DNA of 64,000 nt from an uncultured Staphylococcaceae bacterium (GCA_964409955.1 CAYPEY010000004.1:1569-65568); one strand, 5' to 3'. Counted from the stretch's first letter, positions 1 through 9,315 are shown. Numbers and translations: made by a program. Notes: a model not told the origin generated them from the letters alone.

Positions 1-96
1 GCCGTATTACAAACGTTCCTTTCTTACCTTTTCGTACATTTTTTATATTTCGCTTAAAACTTATTTAAGATAAATATCTAACAAAATTATAGAAGT

Positions 97-119
97 AAAG
101 GGCACTTATTGTGCCCTTT
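97..119 (-). terminator. Putative intrinsic terminator downstream of rpsO
   Basis: The inverted repeat aaagggcac/gtgcccttt with a 5-nt loop lies just after the rpsO stop. The trailing T-run is weak. Confidence 0.5.
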
Positions 120-123
120 AGTC

Positions 124-396
124 CTACTTTCTTAAACCTAATTTGGCAATAACTTCACGATAACGTTGAACATCTTTTTCTTTTAAGTAATTTAAAAGAT
201 TACGACGGTGACCAACTTTCTTTAACAGACCACGACGGTTATGGAAATCATGAATATGAACTTTTAAATGTTCATTTAATTTGTTGATTTCTGCTGTTAA
301 AATCGCAATTTGAACTTCTGGAGAACCAGTATCTCCTTCAGCACGTGCAAAATTAGCGATGATTTGTGCTTTTTCTTCTTTTGAAATACAAGCCAT
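124..396 (-). CDS. rpsO: 30S ribosomal protein S15
   Basis: The translation [34 protein letters not shown]...[23 protein letters not shown] is a typical S15. I chose the ATG at 394-396, 8 nt after a GGAGGG SD, over the TTG at 397-399 used in the ORF track. Confidence 0.95.
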   Translation of the reverse strand: MACISKEEKAQIIANFARAEGDTGSPEVQIAILTAEINKLNEHLKVHIHDFHNRRGLLKKVGHRRNLLNYLKEKDVQRYREVIAKLGLRK

Positions 397-503
397 CAAA
401 TTTTCCCTCCTTTTTCCAATTGTTATAAAAACAATTTATTAATTACACCTGTTGCTAAAGAAAATCGTCGGAAGAATCGATAATCTTCGCAAAGGTCGTA
501 TGT

Positions 504-532
504 ATTATACCACATTCTAATAATTTTAGCAA
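504..532 (-). promoter_or_regulatory. Sigma-A type promoter of rpsO, followed by a leader of about 100 nt
   Basis: On the minus strand the sequence reads TTGCTA, a 17-nt spacer ending in TGg, then TATAAT. The leader between this promoter and the SD contains small hairpins (GAAGA/TCTTC, ttgtt/aacaa). S15 autoregulatory leaders are known in Bacillota, but I cannot confirm that fold here. Confidence 0.55.
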
Positions 533-542
533 GTAAAATCGA

Positions 543-1481
543 CTAAAATAGTTGATATTTTTTTGAAATTTCTTTCGCAAAATCTAAATCTTTACTTATT
601 TGAGTTAAAAAGTCATATACACTTGCAAATTTTGTTTCCGCTCTTATATATTCTATTAATTCAACTTCAATAGTTTTATTATAAAGATCACCATTAAAAT
701 CAATTATATGAGCCTCAAAACTCTTATTATCCACTTGATTAAAACTTGGATTATGTCCAAGATTCGCTATACCTAAATATTTATTAGAATCAATATTCAC
801 TCTGACTACATAAACACCATTTAATAAATTAGCAAATTCTTCAGTAACTTTTAGATTTGCGGTAGGAAAATTGATTTTACGCCCTACTTGGTTACCGCTA
901 ATTACAACTCCTTTTACAGAATAATATCTACCAAGTATTTTAGAAACCTCTTTTACTCTTCCAAGTGAGAGAAGTGTTTTAACTAAAGTTGTTCCTATTT
1001 TCTGATTATTATATTTAATTTCATCTATTATGTGAGTTTTAATTTTTCCATTTGATAAAGAATTAATATCTTTAGCTTTACCTGCTGCCTTATACCCAAA
1101 ACCAAAATCAAAACCAACTACCACTTCTTTAACATTATTTGCAACCAGTATTTTATTTACAAAATCAATTGGACTCATACTTGCCACATCTTTATCAAAA
1201 CGAATCACAAGTAGATAATCAATATCAAGTTTATTTAATAATACTTCTTTTTGATTAAGAGGTGTAACATAAGTTAATTCCTTTGTTTTCTTTAAAATAA
1301 AATCTGGATGAGGATCAAAAGTAATTAAACAAGATTTTAATCCTTTTTCTTTTGCTATCTCTTTAGTCTTTTCAATTAAATATAAGTGAGCAACATGTAA
1401 TCCATCAAATTGGCCTATGGTTGCGACAAGATTATCATTTATTTTAGACAAATTATTAAAATCGACTCTTATTAATTCCAT
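543..1481 (-). CDS. ribF: Bifunctional riboflavin kinase / FMN adenylyltransferase
   Basis: The N-terminal nucleotidyltransferase region (GQFDGLHVAHLYLI) and the C-terminal riboflavin kinase region (GRKINFPTANL...NLGHNPSF) are both present. The gene overlaps the truB stop by 10 nt. Confidence 0.9.
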   Translation of the reverse strand: MELIRVDFNNLSKINDNLVATIGQFDGLHVAHLYLIEKTKEIAKEKGLKSCLITFDPHPDFILKKTKELTYVTPLNQKEVLLNKLDIDYLLVIRFDKDVASMSPIDFVNKILVANNVKEVVVGFDFGFGYKAAGKAKDINSLSNGKIKTHIIDEIKYNNQKIGTTLVKTLLSLGRVKEVSKILGRYYSVKGVVISGNQVGRKINFPTANLKVTEEFANLLNGVYVVRVNIDSNKYLGIANLGHNPSFNQVDNKSFEAHIIDFNGDLYNKTIEVELIEYIRAETKFASVYDFLTQISKDLDFAKEISKKYQLF

Positions 1482-2350
1482 ATTCTCACCGCTTTATATT
1501 CTTCATTTTCCAATTGATAAATTCCTAGTAATTTATCACTATCTTTAATTACTATTTGAGATGGCGTATCTCCTAATATGCTTTTAATAAGATTTAATGT
1601 TAAGTGTCTTCCGTTTTTTGCAAAATGTACAACACGGGGATCATCTACTTGGCTAAATTCACTTAAAGCATCTAACATAGGATATAGTGTGTATTTACCT
1701 TCTTCAATCTCCTTTAATGTTGAAGCATTTTCAATAGTAAAACATCCGCTCTTAATTCTTGTAAGTCCTGCCATAAGAGAAGGAAGTCCTAGTTTCTTAC
1801 CAAGATCATTACAAATACTTCTTATGTAAGTTCCTTTTGATGAATAAACATATAAATCAAAATAGCAACACTCATCTTCATAAGTTACATCAGATATTCT
1901 TTTTATATCATAAATTTCGATATCTCTTTCTGGAATTTCTACAACAAGACCTGCTCTTGCATATTCATATAGTTTTTTTCCATCTACTTTTATTGATGAA
2001 TATATTGGTGGCAGTTGTTTTTGTTTACCCAAAAAAGTTGAAATCACTTTATCAATATCATCAAAAGATACAGCCTCTACTTTTACTTCTTCTAATACTT
2101 TTCCTTCTAAGTCATAAGTATCGGTACTTTTTCCTATACATACACGTGCGACATAAACTTTGTCATGTTCAGTTAAAAACTGAACAAGTTTAGTTGCATC
2201 ATTAATGCACACAGCAAGTAATCCTTCTGCAAGTGGATCAAGTGTACCAAGATGTCCTACTCTTTTAGTATTAAAAATCTTGCGCACCTTATTTACAACA
2301 TCATGACTAGTCATATTTTTCTCTTTATTTACTAATATTATACCATTCAT
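1472..2350 (-). CDS. truB: tRNA pseudouridine(55) synthase
   Basis: MNGIILVNKEKNMTSHDVVNKVRKIF...GHLGTLDPLAEGLL carries the TruB catalytic Asp motif. The start is set at the ATG at 2348-2350. The longer track ORF would overlap the upstream gene. Confidence 0.9.
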   Translation of the reverse strand: MNGIILVNKEKNMTSHDVVNKVRKIFNTKRVGHLGTLDPLAEGLLAVCINDATKLVQFLTEHDKVYVARVCIGKSTDTYDLEGKVLEEVKVEAVSFDDIDKVISTFLGKQKQLPPIYSSIKVDGKKLYEYARAGLVVEIPERDIEIYDIKRISDVTYEDECCYFDLYVYSSKGTYIRSICNDLGKKLGLPSLMAGLTRIKSGCFTIENASTLKEIEEGKYTLYPMLDALSEFSQVDDPRVVHFAKNGRHLTLNLIKSILGDTPSQIVIKDSDKLLGIYQLENEEYKAVRIWN

Positions 2351-2361
2351 ATTATTACCTA

Positions 2362-3723
2362 TTATAAACAAAAAGTCATGTAGGAAGGAATGCAAATTAC
2401 GCCATTTTCTTTTATTGATAAATTTCTTGGATGAATTACATAAGCACATTCTATACGATCATTAAATTTTTCAACAAATTTATCTATAGATTTAGTAGAG
2501 TAGCGTTTTCCTGCCTTTACTTCAATCGGATATATTTTGTGATTTGTTTTACTTTTATTAGAAATTACAAAGTCTATTTCAATATCATTGCGATGTTTTT
2601 CTTCTGAGTAATGAGTATAAAAATATAACTTATGACCATTTGCAACAAGGGATTGAGCTACAGCATTTTCAAAAAACATTCCATTGTTAATTGATAAATC
2701 TCCTGTTAAAATCTCCTTATATAACTGATTAGCATCTATTTCGCTTTCGTCAAAAGTATGACTAATCAAAAGTCCAGTATCTCCCATATAACATTTTATA
2801 TAACTTCTTACTTCATTTAAAGATAATCCGACATTCGGATTATTGCATAAAAAGCATTCGTTTGCAATTTGTGAATCAGATAGCCAAAAGAATGTATCTT
2901 CATACTGTTCATATTTACTACCTTCATCTATTTGATTAAGTACAACGCGTTTTTCATGTTTTGATAAAAGTCCCGGTATTTGATCAAATATCGCAATTAC
3001 TTTATTTTTATAAGGTGATGATATTTTCATTATATCACTTCTATATAATTCTAAAATATCCCTTTTTATCATATCTGAACTTTTAAATTGTTTCTTACTT
3101 TCAATAAACTCGGATAGACTTTTAGGCATTCCGCCAACAAGTATATATTGTCTAAACAAAAGCATTGCTTTTTCATGCAATAAAGTAGGCAAAGCTGTTC
3201 TTTCTTCAAAACATTTTTTAATAAGTTTGATAAGCGATATTTCATTCATTGCCCATAAAAATTCTTCGAAATCAAGTGGATACATTTTTAAATGCCTTTC
3301 CTCAGAAGGAATTAAAATATCTTTTACATTCTCCTTAACTGAAATCAAAGATCCAGTTTCTATATAATCATATCGACCATCTTTAACTAAGTGTTTTATA
3401 GCTTGCCTAGCTTTAGGACAAAATTGAACTTCATCAAAAATAATTAATGATTTTCTATTTTTTAGTTCTACATTATAATGAGTAGATAATAGCATAAATA
3501 AAGTATCAATATCTGTAACATATTTTTCAAAATATCCTTTAATTTCATCACTAACAAGTGAAAAATCAATTAACATGTACGAATCATATTCATTTTTTGC
3601 AAACTCTAATACAATAGTTGATTTTCCGATTCGTCTTGCACCTTCTATTAGAATTGCAGTAGAACCATTTGATTCTTTTTTCCATTTCAATAATTTATCA
3701 TATATTTTTCTTCTAAAAGTCAT
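2362..3723 (-). CDS. AAA+ ATPase with a C-terminal PD-(D/E)xK-like domain (AAA_14/DUF4143-type architecture)
   Basis: Walker A is GARRIGKST and Walker B is SLIIFDEVQ. The C-terminal EIDFVI...YPIEVKAG resembles a restriction-endonuclease-fold motif. The gene ends 11 nt upstream of truB. Confidence 0.7.
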   Translation of the reverse strand: MTFRRKIYDKLLKWKKESNGSTAILIEGARRIGKSTIVLEFAKNEYDSYMLIDFSLVSDEIKGYFEKYVTDIDTLFMLLSTHYNVELKNRKSLIIFDEVQFCPKARQAIKHLVKDGRYDYIETGSLISVKENVKDILIPSEERHLKMYPLDFEEFLWAMNEISLIKLIKKCFEERTALPTLLHEKAMLLFRQYILVGGMPKSLSEFIESKKQFKSSDMIKRDILELYRSDIMKISSPYKNKVIAIFDQIPGLLSKHEKRVVLNQIDEGSKYEQYEDTFFWLSDSQIANECFLCNNPNVGLSLNEVRSYIKCYMGDTGLLISHTFDESEIDANQLYKEILTGDLSINNGMFFENAVAQSLVANGHKLYFYTHYSEEKHRNDIEIDFVISNKSKTNHKIYPIEVKAGKRYSTKSIDKFVEKFNDRIECAYVIHPRNLSIKENGVICIPSYMTFCL

Positions 3724-3755
3724 ATGTCACCTCATATTACAACTATATTATAAAC

Positions 3756-3848
3756 AAAAATTCCGAAATGCGCAAGTTTAAAGCAACCAAAAATTCCGAA
3801 ATGCGCAATTTTAAAACAATAAAAATTTCCGAAATGCGCAAGTTTAAA
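3756..3848. repeat. Three direct copies of a 27-28 bp element spaced about 33 bp apart
   Basis: The copies are at 3756-3782, 3789-3815 and 3821-3848, with plus-strand consensus AAAAATTCCGAAATGCGCAAGTTTAAA and 1-2 differences per copy. The array lies between the ABC-exporter terminator and the ATPase start codon. Confidence 0.9.
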
Positions 3849-3849
3849 C

Positions 3850-3879
3850 CAAAAAGAATGATTCAAAGCGAATCATTCT
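3850..3879 (-). terminator. Intrinsic terminator of the ABC exporter pair
   Basis: A perfect 10-bp stem (agaatgattc/gaatcattct) with a 5-nt loop is followed on the minus strand by TTTTT. It overlaps the TAG stop. Confidence 0.75.
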
Positions 3880-5734
3880 AATTATTTTTTTCATATTGTA
3901 GTCGGTATAAATTATAATAATATCCTTTTTGATTTAATAGTTCTTTATGAGAACCACTTTCTATAATTCTACCTTTTCTAAGTACGATAATCTTATCACA
4001 ATGTTGAATAGTTGATAATCTATGCGCAACTATTAACATAGTTCCAATGTTCATCATTTTCTTTAAAGAATCTTGAATTAAACTTTCTGTTTCTGTATCA
4101 ATATTTGCGGTTGCTTCATCTAAAATCATGATATTAGGTTTATGTGAAACTACTCGCGCAAAAGAAATTAATTGACGTTCTCCTGATGAGAAGTTTTTAC
4201 CACGTTCTCTAACTATTTCATCATAACCATCAGGAAGTTTTTCAATGATTCTATCGGCATTTACAAACTTACATGCTTCTTTTACGGTATCAAGAGAAAT
4301 AGATCCATCTTTTAAAGTAATATTTGATTTAACAGTTCCTGAGAATAAGAATACATCTTGTAACATTTGACCTACAAATTTTCTTAAAGAAGAAATCTTA
4401 TAAGTTTTGATATCTTTACCATCAATTAAGATTTGACCTTTTTGAATATCATAGTTTCTAACAATTAAAGAAAGGATTGTCGTTTTTCCAGAACCTGTTG
4501 CACCAACAAAAGCAACATTTTCTTTTGCATTTACTTTAAAAGATACATCTTTTAATATCCAATCCTCACCAACATAAGCAAACCAAACATTTTTAAATTC
4601 AATACTTCCTTCTAAATGATCAATTTCTATTGCATTTTTTTCATCTACAATTTCAGGTTTAGTATCTAACACTTCATAAATTCTTTCTCCTGCTGCAAGC
4701 GCTGATTGCATTACATTGAATTGTTCTGCTAGTTGTTGAACAGGCGTAAAGAAATTTTGAACGAAACCATAGAAAGTAACAACAAGACCTGCATCAAGTA
4801 AGAATGTAGAATCAATAGCTTTTTTACCAGCTACATAGAATAATAATGTTAATGTTAATACATAAATTGAATAGATAAAAGGTCTAAATATTGCAAAAAC
4901 CAAAATTTGTTTTGAATAATTTTTCTTTAAATCAATATTTACCTTTTCAAATGATTTACATTGTTTTTCTTCTTGATTGAAAATTTGTGTAAGTTTAACA
5001 CCTGAAATGTTTTCTGAAAGACTTGTATTTACATTTGTAATGCCTTTTCTTACTTTTCTGTAAATGATTCTTGCAATTTTTCTGAAAGCAAAACTTAAAC
5101 CAATAATTGCAGGAGCAGTAAGTAAAATCCAAAGAGTAAGTTCTGCATCTACTATTAACATCGCAATAACAACACCAATTATTGTAAGAACATTTTTAAT
5201 TAAGTTAACGATAGTTGATGTAAACATATCATTAAGTGCCGCTGTATCACTAGTAACACGAGTTACTAATTTTCCAACTGGTGTTTGATTTAATTGATTA
5301 ATAGATAAACTTTCTAACTTTTTAAATACATCTTGTCGCATTTTAAATACGATTCTATCACCAGTTTTCGCAAGTATCATTGATTGGAAGAAAGTAATGA
5401 TTGAGCTAATCACTAAAATACCAATATAAAGACCAATTATTAAAATTATTTTATTAACATTAATCGCATCTTTTGCAAGTTCTGTTGTTGCAGAACCAAG
5501 TAATATTGGCATGATAAGTTCAGCACCAATCGCAAATATCATCATTATTAATGCTATCGCAAATGATTTTGTTTCAATTTTACTATAACTTAACAGTAAT
5601 TTTAAAGCACCTTTTTCAACATTAGAACTCTTTTTTCTAATCTTATTAGATACTTTTTTTGCAATAATAATGTACATAATAATCGATATAATTATTATAA
5701 ATAAAATTAAACCTATAACTATTTTATCTAACAT
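3878..5734 (-). CDS. ABC transporter, fused permease/ATP-binding subunit (exporter type)
   Basis: The N-terminal half has six TM helices. Walker A is GATGSGKTT, the signature is FSSGERQL and Walker B is IMILDEAT. A 1-nt stop/start overlap with the upstream partner suggests a heterodimer. Confidence 0.9.
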   Translation of the reverse strand: MLDKIVIGLILFIIIISIIMYIIIAKKVSNKIRKKSSNVEKGALKLLLSYSKIETKSFAIALIMMIFAIGAELIMPILLGSATTELAKDAINVNKIILIIGLYIGILVISSIITFFQSMILAKTGDRIVFKMRQDVFKKLESLSINQLNQTPVGKLVTRVTSDTAALNDMFTSTIVNLIKNVLTIIGVVIAMLIVDAELTLWILLTAPAIIGLSFAFRKIARIIYRKVRKGITNVNTSLSENISGVKLTQIFNQEEKQCKSFEKVNIDLKKNYSKQILVFAIFRPFIYSIYVLTLTLLFYVAGKKAIDSTFLLDAGLVVTFYGFVQNFFTPVQQLAEQFNVMQSALAAGERIYEVLDTKPEIVDEKNAIEIDHLEGSIEFKNVWFAYVGEDWILKDVSFKVNAKENVAFVGATGSGKTTILSLIVRNYDIQKGQILIDGKDIKTYKISSLRKFVGQMLQDVFLFSGTVKSNITLKDGSISLDTVKEACKFVNADRIIEKLPDGYDEIVRERGKNFSSGERQLISFARVVSHKPNIMILDEATANIDTETESLIQDSLKKMMNIGTMLIVAHRLSTIQHCDKIIVLRKGRIIESGSHKELLNQKGYYYNLYRLQYEKNN

Positions 5735-7491
5735 TATTGTTCACCTCCTTCTTCTAATTTTTGAAGGTCAACAATATCTTTGTACATTTCAACATTTTCA
5801 TATAATTCTTCATGTGTACCTGTCGCAACTATACGTCCATCATCCATTAAGATGATTTTATCAAGTGAATCAATTGTTGAAACACGGTGAGCAATCATGA
5901 TAATTGTTTTATCACTAAATTCTTCTTTTAAAGTTTTTAAAATGTCAGCCTCAGTTTTAGTATCAACTGCAGATACCGAATCATCTAAAATTAGTATTGG
6001 CGCATCTTTAGCCATCGCACGAGCCATCGAAATACGTTGTTTTTGGCCACCAGAAAGCGTTACTCCACGTTCACCGATAATTGTATCATACCCTTCAGGA
6101 AATTCCACAATGTTACTGTGAACACAGGCTGCTTGCGCATATTTTATTGCATCACCTAACTCTAATTTATCTTTACTAAAAGCAATATTATTCAAAACAG
6201 TTTCATTAAATAAGAAATTATCTTGAGGAACATAAGCAACTGCGTTTCTTACATCTTTAATTGCTAAATTCATGATATCAATACCATCGATTAACAAACT
6301 ATCTTCAGGCACATTATATACTCTTGTAATTAAATCAACAAGCGTAGTTTTTCCACAACCGGTTTTACCTATGATACCAACTTTTTCACCTTTTTTAATC
6401 TTAAAAGATACATTAGTTAAAGAATCAACAGATGATCCCGGATATCTAAATGTTAAATTCTTAAATTCTATTGAATCGCTAAATTCATGATCATTTATCA
6501 CATTTTCACTATCTTTAACCATTACTTCATATTCTAACAGTTCATTAATACGTTTTAAACTTGCTTTACCTTGAGAAACTATACTAATTAAGTTACCAAG
6601 TGCCATTGCCGGCCAAATAAGTGATGAAAAATACGAAATAAATTCAATTAACTTACCAGCAGTAAATGGAGCTTCTGTTCCTTTAGTTGATATTACTAAA
6701 TGGCTTCCATAAGCAAGACATATTACAACAATTGAACTGATTAAAGTTGAAAAAAACACATTTAAACTAACTGAGAATTTTGCAAAACTAATGTTTTTCT
6801 TAGAAAAATCTTTACTAATATTTGTAAATTCTTTATATTCTAAATCTTCTTTTACATAAGCTTTAATTACCGAAATACCAGAAAAGTTTTCTTGGGAAAA
6901 ATCTGATATTTTTTCAAAAGCATCTTGACGTTCTGTAAACTTCTTATCAATCTTTTCACCAATAATTTTTCCAAAAAATGCCATCGCAAAAAGCGGAATA
7001 CTCGAAATAATTGTTAAAGTTATATTTAGTCTTAACATTTTAATAATCGCAAGCGTTCCAAGAAAGAATGCATCAACAATCATTATAACTCCATCACTAA
7101 AGCAGTTTTTAACAACCATTATATCGTTTGTATAAAGTGCCATTTGTGCACCAGTTTTGTGAATTTGGAAATAATCTTGAGATAACATTTCCATATGATT
7201 AAACATTTTTTGTCTAAGATCTGTTTCAACATTAACACCTATATTTAGTACTGTTACACGCCATCCAAAACGACCTATAAACATTCCTACTGTTATTAAT
7301 AACATGTTATAAACGATCTTCATTAACTTATCCATTGTAAGAGTCTTTTCGTTTATCATATCAATTAAGGAACTATAATTTTCAGGCATTAATAACTGAA
7401 TATAGTCAACAACAAGTAATGCAATGATACCTAAAAGAAACAAATGCCAATATTTTAAATAATAATGATTAACATTTTTACCAAATAACAT
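5734..7491 (-). CDS. ABC transporter, fused permease/ATP-binding subunit (exporter type)
   Basis: Walker A is GKTGCGKTT, the signature is LSGGQKQR and Walker B is ILILDDS. The start is moved to the ATG at 7489-7491, preceded by a GAGGTG SD. The track start at 7500 is a GTG inside that SD. Confidence 0.9.
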   Translation of the reverse strand: MLFGKNVNHYYLKYWHLFLLGIIALLVVDYIQLLMPENYSSLIDMINEKTLTMDKLMKIVYNMLLITVGMFIGRFGWRVTVLNIGVNVETDLRQKMFNHMEMLSQDYFQIHKTGAQMALYTNDIMVVKNCFSDGVIMIVDAFFLGTLAIIKMLRLNITLTIISSIPLFAMAFFGKIIGEKIDKKFTERQDAFEKISDFSQENFSGISVIKAYVKEDLEYKEFTNISKDFSKKNISFAKFSVSLNVFFSTLISSIVVICLAYGSHLVISTKGTEAPFTAGKLIEFISYFSSLIWPAMALGNLISIVSQGKASLKRINELLEYEVMVKDSENVINDHEFSDSIEFKNLTFRYPGSSVDSLTNVSFKIKKGEKVGIIGKTGCGKTTLVDLITRVYNVPEDSLLIDGIDIMNLAIKDVRNAVAYVPQDNFLFNETVLNNIAFSKDKLELGDAIKYAQAACVHSNIVEFPEGYDTIIGERGVTLSGGQKQRISMARAMAKDAPILILDDSVSAVDTKTEADILKTLKEEFSDKTIIMIAHRVSTIDSLDKIILMDDGRIVATGTHEELYENVEMYKDIVDLQKLEEGGEQ

Positions 7492-7593
7492 TGTTCTCAC
7501 CTCGCATAGTAGATATTATACTAAATTATTTGTTTTTTTTATATTGTTTTGCTTAAATTATTAATCTTTTACCTTTATTTTTTTAAAATTATA

Positions 7594-7602
7594 TGTTATA
7601 AT
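7594..7602 (+). promoter_or_regulatory. Extended -10 element (TGtTATAAT) upstream of aroC
   Basis: The plus strand reads tgttataat about 30 nt upstream of the AGGAGGA SD. The -35 is poor (tttatt). Confidence 0.4.
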
Positions 7603-7631
7603 ATAAATAAGTAAAAAAATAGGAGGAAAGT

Positions 7632-8723
7632 ATGAATACATTTGGTAAAAACATTCGCATTAGTATCTTTGGAGAATCACATGGACCAGTGATTGGAATA
7701 ACAATTGATGGTCTTCCATCAGGTTTAAAACTTGATCATGAACGCATTAAAGAAATGCTAGTTATAAGACAAGGTCTTGCGGAAGTATCAACACCTAGAA
7801 AAGAAGCAAACCCTTACGAAATTGTAAGTGGTTACTTTGAAGATTATACAACAGGTGCTCCACTTACAATCATTGTACCAAATCAAAATATTGATAATTC
7901 AGTATATAAAGAACATGGTCTAATTCGTCCAAGTCATGCTGACCTTCCTCTTTATATTAAATATGATGGTAAAAACGACTATTTAGGTGGTGGACATTCA
8001 AGTGGTAGAATCACTGTAGTATTAATTATCTTAGGCGTTATTTGTGACCAATTACTAGAACAAAGAAATATCTTAGTAAGTTCACACCTTGCATCTGTCA
8101 AAGATATTACCGATAAAACTCCTAAAGCAAAAGACTTAACACCAGAACTTTTAAAACCACTTAAAACTGATTCTTTCCCAGTAATTGACGCTCGTGCTAG
8201 AACATTAATGATTAACGCTATTAAAAAAGCTAAAAAAGCTGAAGATGCACTTGGTGGAACAATCGAAACTTTCATTACAGGTCTTCCTGCAGGACTTGGT
8301 GAACCATTCTTTGACTCATTTGAAAGCGTAATATCTCATGCAATGTTTGCCATACCAGGTGTTAAAGCAATCGAATTTGGAGATGGTTTTGAAATGTGTG
8401 AAAAAACGGCATCAGAAATTGTAGACCAATTACACTATGTTAAAAAACAACTTCAATTTAAATCAAATCACCAAGGTGGTATCAATGGTGGTATCACAAA
8501 CGGTAATATCATTAGATTTAAAACAGGTGTTAGAGCACCATCTAGTATTACAAAACCACTTGTATCAGTAAACTACAAAAATAAAGAAAACGTAATGGTT
8601 TCATCAATCGGACGCCATGATCCAGCTATCGTTCACCGAGTTTTACACGTAGTTAATGCTTTAACTTCATTTGTAGTACTTGATTTTATCAAAGAAACCG
8701 AAGGATTCAATAGTCTTAAATAA
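7632..8723 (+). CDS. aroC: Chorismate synthase
   Basis: The N-terminus FGKNIRISIFGESHGPVIGITIDGLPSG, the GGGHSSGR motif and GRHDPAIV are hallmark chorismate synthase motifs. Confidence 0.95.
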   Translation: MNTFGKNIRISIFGESHGPVIGITIDGLPSGLKLDHERIKEMLVIRQGLAEVSTPRKEANPYEIVSGYFEDYTTGAPLTIIVPNQNIDNSVYKEHGLIRPSHADLPLYIKYDGKNDYLGGGHSSGRITVVLIILGVICDQLLEQRNILVSSHLASVKDITDKTPKAKDLTPELLKPLKTDSFPVIDARARTLMINAIKKAKKAEDALGGTIETFITGLPAGLGEPFFDSFESVISHAMFAIPGVKAIEFGDGFEMCEKTASEIVDQLHYVKKQLQFKSNHQGGINGGITNGNIIRFKTGVRAPSSITKPLVSVNYKNKENVMVSSIGRHDPAIVHRVLHVVNALTSFVVLDFIKETEGFNSLK

Positions 8724-8737
8724 ACGTCGATTTTTTG

Positions 8738-8795
8738 AAAATTGACCTAAAATTAACCCAAAAAACAGTAAAATCGCGCCAAAATCGGTCAAAAA
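8738..8795 (+). other. Six helically phased A-tracts (predicted intrinsically curved DNA)
   Basis: A4-A6 tracts start at 8738, 8749, 8760, 8770, 8781 and 8791, giving spacings of 11, 11, 10, 11 and 10 bp. Confidence 0.6.
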
Positions 8796-8875
8796 GCTGA
8801 TTTCTGAGCGTTTGAAACTAAATTTTTTGATAATTACCCAATTCAACGGTTTTTTAAAAAACAGGAGAAAATTAC

Positions 8876-9307
8876 ATGAAAATTTTAATAATTAATGGAC
8901 CAAATTTAAATTTCTTAGGGATTCGTGAACCCCAAGTTTACGGTCACTTGACATACAATGACTTAAAAGATTATCTATCAAATGAAGCAAAAAAATTAAA
9001 CCTTGAAATTGAAATTTACCAATCAAATCACGAAGGTTCTATTATCGATAAACTTCAAGAAGCATACTATAACAAAGTTGATGGCATAGTAATTAATGCT
9101 GGAGCATACACTCACTATTCTTATGCTATCCTTGATGCAATCAAATCAACAATGATACCAACAATTGAAGTTCACTTATCAGATATCACTAAAAGAGAAT
9201 CTTTTAGAGCTAACTCTGTAATAAGAGATGCTTGCATTGCTTCATACTACGGAAAAGGTTTTGAAAGTTATAAAGAATCTTTAATTCATTTTAAAAATCA
9301 TTTATAA
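8876..9307 (+). CDS. aroQ: Type II 3-dehydroquinate dehydratase
   Basis: MKILIINGPNLNFLGIREPQVYG...QSNHEG...INAGAYTHYS...EVHLSDI is the canonical type II DHQase pattern. Confidence 0.9.
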   Translation: MKILIINGPNLNFLGIREPQVYGHLTYNDLKDYLSNEAKKLNLEIEIYQSNHEGSIIDKLQEAYYNKVDGIVINAGAYTHYSYAILDAIKSTMIPTIEVHLSDITKRESFRANSVIRDACIASYYGKGFESYKESLIHFKNHL

Positions 9308-9315
9308 AAACAAAA

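Noticed and set aside
1-96. Possible start of pnp, which usually follows rpsO
   Set aside because: Only a 10-codon ORF is present on the minus strand in this stretch. No recognisable PNPase N-terminus appears before the window edge.
1578-2193. Plus-strand ORFs (83 and 118 aa) overlapping truB
   Set aside because: These are antisense shadows of a well-supported gene. Their translations are low-complexity (L/F/H-rich) and they have no SD. The same reasoning applies to 3575-3781, 5064-5288, 5670-5855, 5897-6121, 6272-6490, 7979-8275, 11560-11742, 12185-12418, 12884-13066, 16801-17013, 21571-21819, 23151-23387, 27089-27307, 28406-28645, 28802-29041, 30432-30677, 32166-32363, 35828-36190, 36990-37289, 37783-38019, 38465-38809, 43109-43333, 46174-46419, 46705-46953, 47979-48194, 48545-48763, 49236-49466, 52721-53248, 58941-59171 and 60635-60853.
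3756-3848. Possible mini-CRISPR array (three repeats of about 27 bp)
   Set aside because: The segments between repeats are only 5-6 nt, far too short for spacers. No cas genes are nearby, and the array sits exactly in a promoter region. I treat it as a direct-repeat regulatory element instead.
7492-7500. Longer N-termini given by the ORF track (GTG or TTG starts at 399, 7500, 27297, 28953, 30102, 41209, 55888 and 63754, an upstream ATG at 60829, and the far-upstream truB start at 2449)
   Set aside because: In most of these cases the extra codons coincide with the Shine-Dalgarno sequence itself. An ATG 3-8 nt downstream of that SD gives the canonical N-terminus. The internal ATG was used instead. 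At 63754 the longer start would overlap the upstream partner gene by 59 nt, and at 2449 it would overlap the upstream ATPase gene.
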